63,421 nucleotides of DNA from a virus. The DNA is taken from positions 1 to 63,421 of IMG/VR virus record IMGVR_UViG_3300043672_000009. One strand, given 5' to 3'. Below are positions 60,481-63,421 of this stretch, one piece after another (position 1 is the stretch's first letter; the number at the start of each line of letters is the position of its first letter). The notes beneath the pieces are model-generated. The model was given only the letters and a program-made list of their open reading frames with translations, ran no database searches and was not told where the DNA came from. The position numbers and the translations under genes were made by a program.

Positions 60481-60894
60481 TTACCCTTCGGTTGGTGTTG
60501 CGGTGATGTTCTCGATCGCGCCGTGTCGATCGTAGTTGACGTTGAAGCTCCACGGCTGGCGCGGACGGCCCGGCTCTGGCTTCGGCATGGCACCCAGTGC
60601 GGACGCAAAGGCGCGGGTCACGGTGTCGAGTTGCTGGCGGAAGCTGTCAGCCTGCTGGCGCAGCATCTCTTCCACCTCGGTGCGCGACAGGGTGTCGGGT
60701 GGTGGGGCAGTGGGCGCTGGCGGGGCAATGGTCGGCTCGGGCGCCTCGGGTGCTGGTGCCGGCGGCTCCGGCGCCACCTCGGTGCGCGCGGTGTTGAAGC
60801 GCCGGCCATCGATCTCAAGCTCGGCCCCGTCTTCCAGGGCCATGCGCTTGAGCTGGGCCGCGGTCAGTTCTCTCACGTCCCGCCCTCCAGGCAT
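60481..60894 (-). CDS. Hypothetical protein with a Pro/Ala-rich linker (137 aa)
   Basis: ORF track. Its start overlaps the end of the large gene. Confidence 0.55.
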   Translation of the reverse strand: MPGGRDVRELTAAQLKRMALEDGAELEIDGRRFNTARTEVAPEPPAPAPEAPEPTIAPPAPTAPPPDTLSRTEVEEMLRQQADSFRQQLDTVTRAFASALGAMPKPEPGRPRQPWSFNVNYDRHGAIENITATPTEG

Positions 60895-63421
60895 TTCAGC
60901 AGCGCCTTCAGCGCATCCCGGCGCGCGTCAAGTCGGCGCATCGCCTTGGCCGCGTCCATCCGCAGCGTGCCGGTGCCGCCCGTGTCGGCGATCTTGACCT
61001 TGCGCTCCAGCGTGCGGCCCTCCAGTGCCTTGTAGTTGTCGGCGAAGGCCGCCTTGTTGTCGAGCTTCGTTGACTCGGCTCCGGTGGTGACCCCAGGATT
61101 TGGCGCTGGATTGGTAGTGCTTGCCTTTGTGATTTTGTTGCCTGCATGCATCGCACCGTAAGCTTCGTAACCAGTAATGTCGTCCTTTGGCGACCACAGT
61201 TCCAGCGGGCTTCGCCCAACCGCCGGTTCTTCGTACACGGCGATGTTGCGGCTTGATGGTGACGCCCCCCACTTTCCGGCTTGCTCATTCCAGGTCAGTA
61301 GCGTTGCCTTGCCATTTTTGATGGCTACCCGGGCCCCACGCGCCCCGATGTTGCTCCGACCGGCCACAGAAAGCACCGAGGCATCGCCATCAACGTAGAC
61401 AGTTCTTGCGCTCCGCTCTTTTTTACCGAAATCTCCCTCGTGCCCGACATCACCACGAGCGGCCTTGTTGCGCGTTGTTGTGCCATCCTCGTGAACAACG
61501 TATGTCGATCCCTTGGCTGTTGTGAACTTATCTACCCTAGCGGCTTGTACACCGGTGGCGGCGGCTCCGGGTACTCCTTCGGCGGGCTGTTGAACGCTTG
61601 CTGCCGGCGCCACCTCTTGGCTTGCCGTGGCTTTTCCTGTTGGTGTGGCCGCATCCGTTGTGCCTTCGCGTTGCTGCGTCGCCGTGGGTTTGGCGCCGCC
61701 AGTGGTCGGTTTCGGCCGGCTCATGCTGGGCAGCCGAGCCTTCAGCGCAACCGGCGTGAACTCGCCGCTTATCGACCCGAACACCTTGTCGCCGAAGTTG
61801 TCGGCGAAGCTGGCCTTGTAGATGGCCGTCGCCTCTTCGGCGCTATCCACCCCCGTGATGACCTTGGGTTCGTCGAAGCGACCGGTGCCGGGATGGTTCT
61901 GGTTGATGACCCAGAAGCGGCCGTTCTCGCCCTTGTCGCCGATGAACAGGTCAACGTGATCGCCGTCCGATGCCTTGGTGCCCTTGATGTAGCCGTAGTC
62001 GGCTGGCATCGTCACTTTCCAAGGTTCGGTGGCATCGGCCTTGCTGCGGCGCTCCGAACCTTTTGGGTTCTCGATGCTCACGTCCAGGCCGCTGATGCGC
62101 ACGTGGCCGAGCTTGTAGTTTCCGGCCGTCTTCTGGGCGTCGGTGGGCTCCGGCAGGTCGTTGGTCGGGCTGGTGGCGGCCTCGTTGGCCTTGGCCCGGA
62201 TCTCTTCCACCCGGCCCAGCCCAGCGCGCGCCAGCGCCTCCTGCATCGCCGTAGGCGCCTCGACTTTGGCGGCGCGCGCAACTGCGGCGGCCCGCTGGTC
62301 CTGCTCTGCGGCCTTCTCCGGGATCGCGGCGGCCTGGCTGGCTCGCGCGTTGGCAGCATCGCGCTCTGCCTGGGTGAACGCGGCGGCCTTCTCTTCTGGC
62401 GTGGTCGGCGCGCGGTATGGGGCCGGCTCCGGCAGCGCCAACGGCTCGGCCACGGTCGCCGGCTCCGGCTGGACGAAGCGGCCCTCACCCACCATGACAG
62501 CGGCTCGCGTCACCGGCGTGGCGGTGCCGTCTGGGCCGACTTCGATGACGCGGCTGGGCGGTGTCACCCGGCCGGTCGCCTCCGGTGGCACGGCTTCCGT
62601 CTGCGGCGCGGCCGTGGTGGCCGTCAACTGCCGTGCCGGCTCGCTACGTCCCATCGGCTGCAACTGCGCACGCGACAGGATTGCCTCTGCCGCCTGGAGC
62701 AGGTGATCCCGCGTCTTCATCGAGATGTTCTGAGCCATGTTGTCGGCGACGCTGGCATAGTAGGCGATGTCGACCAGGGCCTGCGGCCCCATCACCTCGC
62801 GGACCTGTTGGCGCACCCGGCCGCTCTTGAGTTGCTCCTGCACCGTCAGTACGCGGTCGCTGAATGGCGCTTCGGGCGTGATCTGGGCGCTTGGCTGCGT
62901 CAGGGCGGGTGCTGGCTGGGTGGTCAGTGGCGACGGTGCCAGAGACGGCGCGCGCATTGCGCCGATGCCGGGCTCCGTGGGGATGATCGTGCCGTCCTGG
63001 AAGATGCTTGGCACCGGTGCGGTCTGGCTGCCGAAGCGGCTGTTGTCGGTAGCCACCCAGCCTTCCATGCGGTTCAGCGCACCCTCTGCATCCAGCCCAG
63101 CCGGCAGCACCGGGGCGATGTAGGTGTCCTCGAATGCCTTGACGGCGTCGTCGGGCGTCTCTGCGGCCGCGATGCGTTCGAAGGCAGCGTCCGATCTGGC
63201 CCGCTCTGCCCCGCGGAATGCGCCGATGGCTCCGCCGATGGCTCCGCCGCCAAGGGCACCCAGCGCCGCCGAGTTGATGATGTCGCGCTGGCCCTCTGGG
63301 CTGAAAACCTGCTGGCCGGCCCCGAAACGCTCGATGCCTGTCTGCACCGCCTCTGTGGCACCTTCCGTAACGGCTCCGGCCGCACCCATGGCTCCGGCTT
63401 GTCCGAGGCGGGTTCCGAGGC
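60873..63421 (-). CDS. 3' (C-terminal) part of the junction-spanning large virion protein. It contains an inorganic-pyrophosphatase-like segment.
   Basis: GNYKLGHVRISGLDVSIENPKG...PADYGYIKGTKASDGDHVDLFIGD (~61740-62132). The listed Met at 63389 is internal to the full gene. Confidence 0.8.
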   Translation of the reverse strand, partial: LGTRLGQAGAMGAAGAVTEGATEAVQTGIERFGAGQQVFSPEGQRDIINSAALGALGGGAIGGAIGAFRGAERARSDAAFERIAAAETPDDAVKAFEDTYIAPVLPAGLDAEGALNRMEGWVATDNSRFGSQTAPVPSIFQDGTIIPTEPGIGAMRAPSLAPSPLTTQPAPALTQPSAQITPEAPFSDRVLTVQEQLKSGRVRQQVREVMGPQALVDIAYYASVADNMAQNISMKTRDHLLQAAEAILSRAQLQPMGRSEPARQLTATTAAPQTEAVPPEATGRVTPPSRVIEVGPDGTATPVTRAAVMVGEGRFVQPEPATVAEPLALPEPAPYRAPTTPEEKAAAFTQAERDAANARASQAAAIPEKAAEQDQRAAAVARAAKVEAPTAMQEALARAGLGRVEEIRAKANEAATSPTNDLPEPTDAQKTAGNYKLGHVRISGLDVSIENPKGSERRSKADATEPWKVTMPADYGYIKGTKASDGDHVDLFIGDKGENGRFWVINQNHPGTGRFDEPKVITGVDSAEEATAIYKASFADNFGDKVFGSISGEFTPVALKARLPSMSRPKPTTGGAKPTATQQREGTTDAATPTGKATASQEVAPAASVQQPAEGVPGAAATGVQAARVDKFTTAKGSTYVVHEDGTTTRNKAARGDVGHEGDFGKKERSARTVYVDGDASVLSVAGRSNIGARGARVAIKNGKATLLTWNEQAGKWGASPSSRNIAVYEEPAVGRSPLELWSPKDDITGYEAYGAMHAGNKITKASTTNPAPNPGVTTGAESTKLDNKAAFADNYKALEGRTLERKVKIADTGGTGTLRMDAAKAMRRLDARRDALKALLKCLEGGT
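63295..63421. repeat. Second copy of the 127-bp terminal overlap
   Basis: Identical to 1-127. Confidence 0.95.

Noticed and set aside
59736-60608. 290-aa version of the ORF ending at 59736
   Set aside because: The upstream 190 codons are Arg/Pro/Ser-rich and overlap the well-formed 146-aa gene (60037-60477). A GTG at 60035, directly after that gene's stop, gives a sensible 99-aa beta-rich protein.
1-63421. Diversity-generating retroelement or retron, given the tail-fibre variability and repeats
   Set aside because: None of the plausible ORFs contains a reverse-transcriptase-like sequence (no YxDD-type core). I noticed no template/variable repeat pair near either RBP gene.

Overview
GC-rich 63.4 kb window that is a complete, closed tailed-phage genome. 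Bases 1-127 are identical to 63295-63421, so the unique length is about 63,294 bp, and one large virion gene crosses the junction. I saw no integrase, CI-type repressor, tRNA, rRNA, CRISPR array, reverse transcriptase, DNA polymerase or primase.

The genome has four transcription blocks:
1. A roughly 30 kb late/virion operon on the minus strand. It runs 17516 down to 1, then continues 63294 down to 50967. It encodes terS, terL, a large portal, a scaffold, an N4-type major capsid, tail genes, tail fibre A, a long run of ejection/internal-virion proteins (GNAT, Q/N-rich protein, membrane protein, a 1137-aa junction-spanning protein with a pyrophosphatase-like motif, and a 1243-aa PLxRFG/HExxH protein) and tailspike B.
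2. A 3-gene minus-strand operon (19279-17779) bracketed by clusters of a [CT]TGGCAACC motif.
3. A plus-strand early operon of small ORFs (19.5-22.8 kb) containing a lipoprotein moron and a small outer-membrane-barrel-like protein.
4. A divergent control point at 34.7 kb (Cro-like gene plus a 40-bp palindrome). It drives a leftward replication/lysis operon (Zn-finger protein, 554-aa Cys-motif protein, tetrapeptide-repeat protein, ParB, loader-like protein, DnaB, interrupted RusA, holins/endolysin/spanins). It also drives a rightward recombination/DNA-modification operon (YqaJ exonuclease, RecT, Rad50-like ATPase with a CPCC hook, DnaQ-like exonuclease, DUF1643, SF2 helicase-methyltransferase fusion, NinB-like, Gp37/Gp68, DUF1364).

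The most unusual signals are:
- a perfect-phase 12-bp x 29 tandem array inside a gene next to parB;
- the operator-like TTGGCAACC clusters in front of both the middle and late operons;
- a 520-bp non-coding island with a very long hairpin and a G-quadruplex motif;
- an in-frame ochre codon in rusA;
- two receptor-binding proteins that share one N-terminal anchor but carry GC-poor foreign C-termini;
- an enzyme-loaded, split polyvalent-type ejection module.

All functional calls rest on my reading of the translated ORFs. No database search was run.
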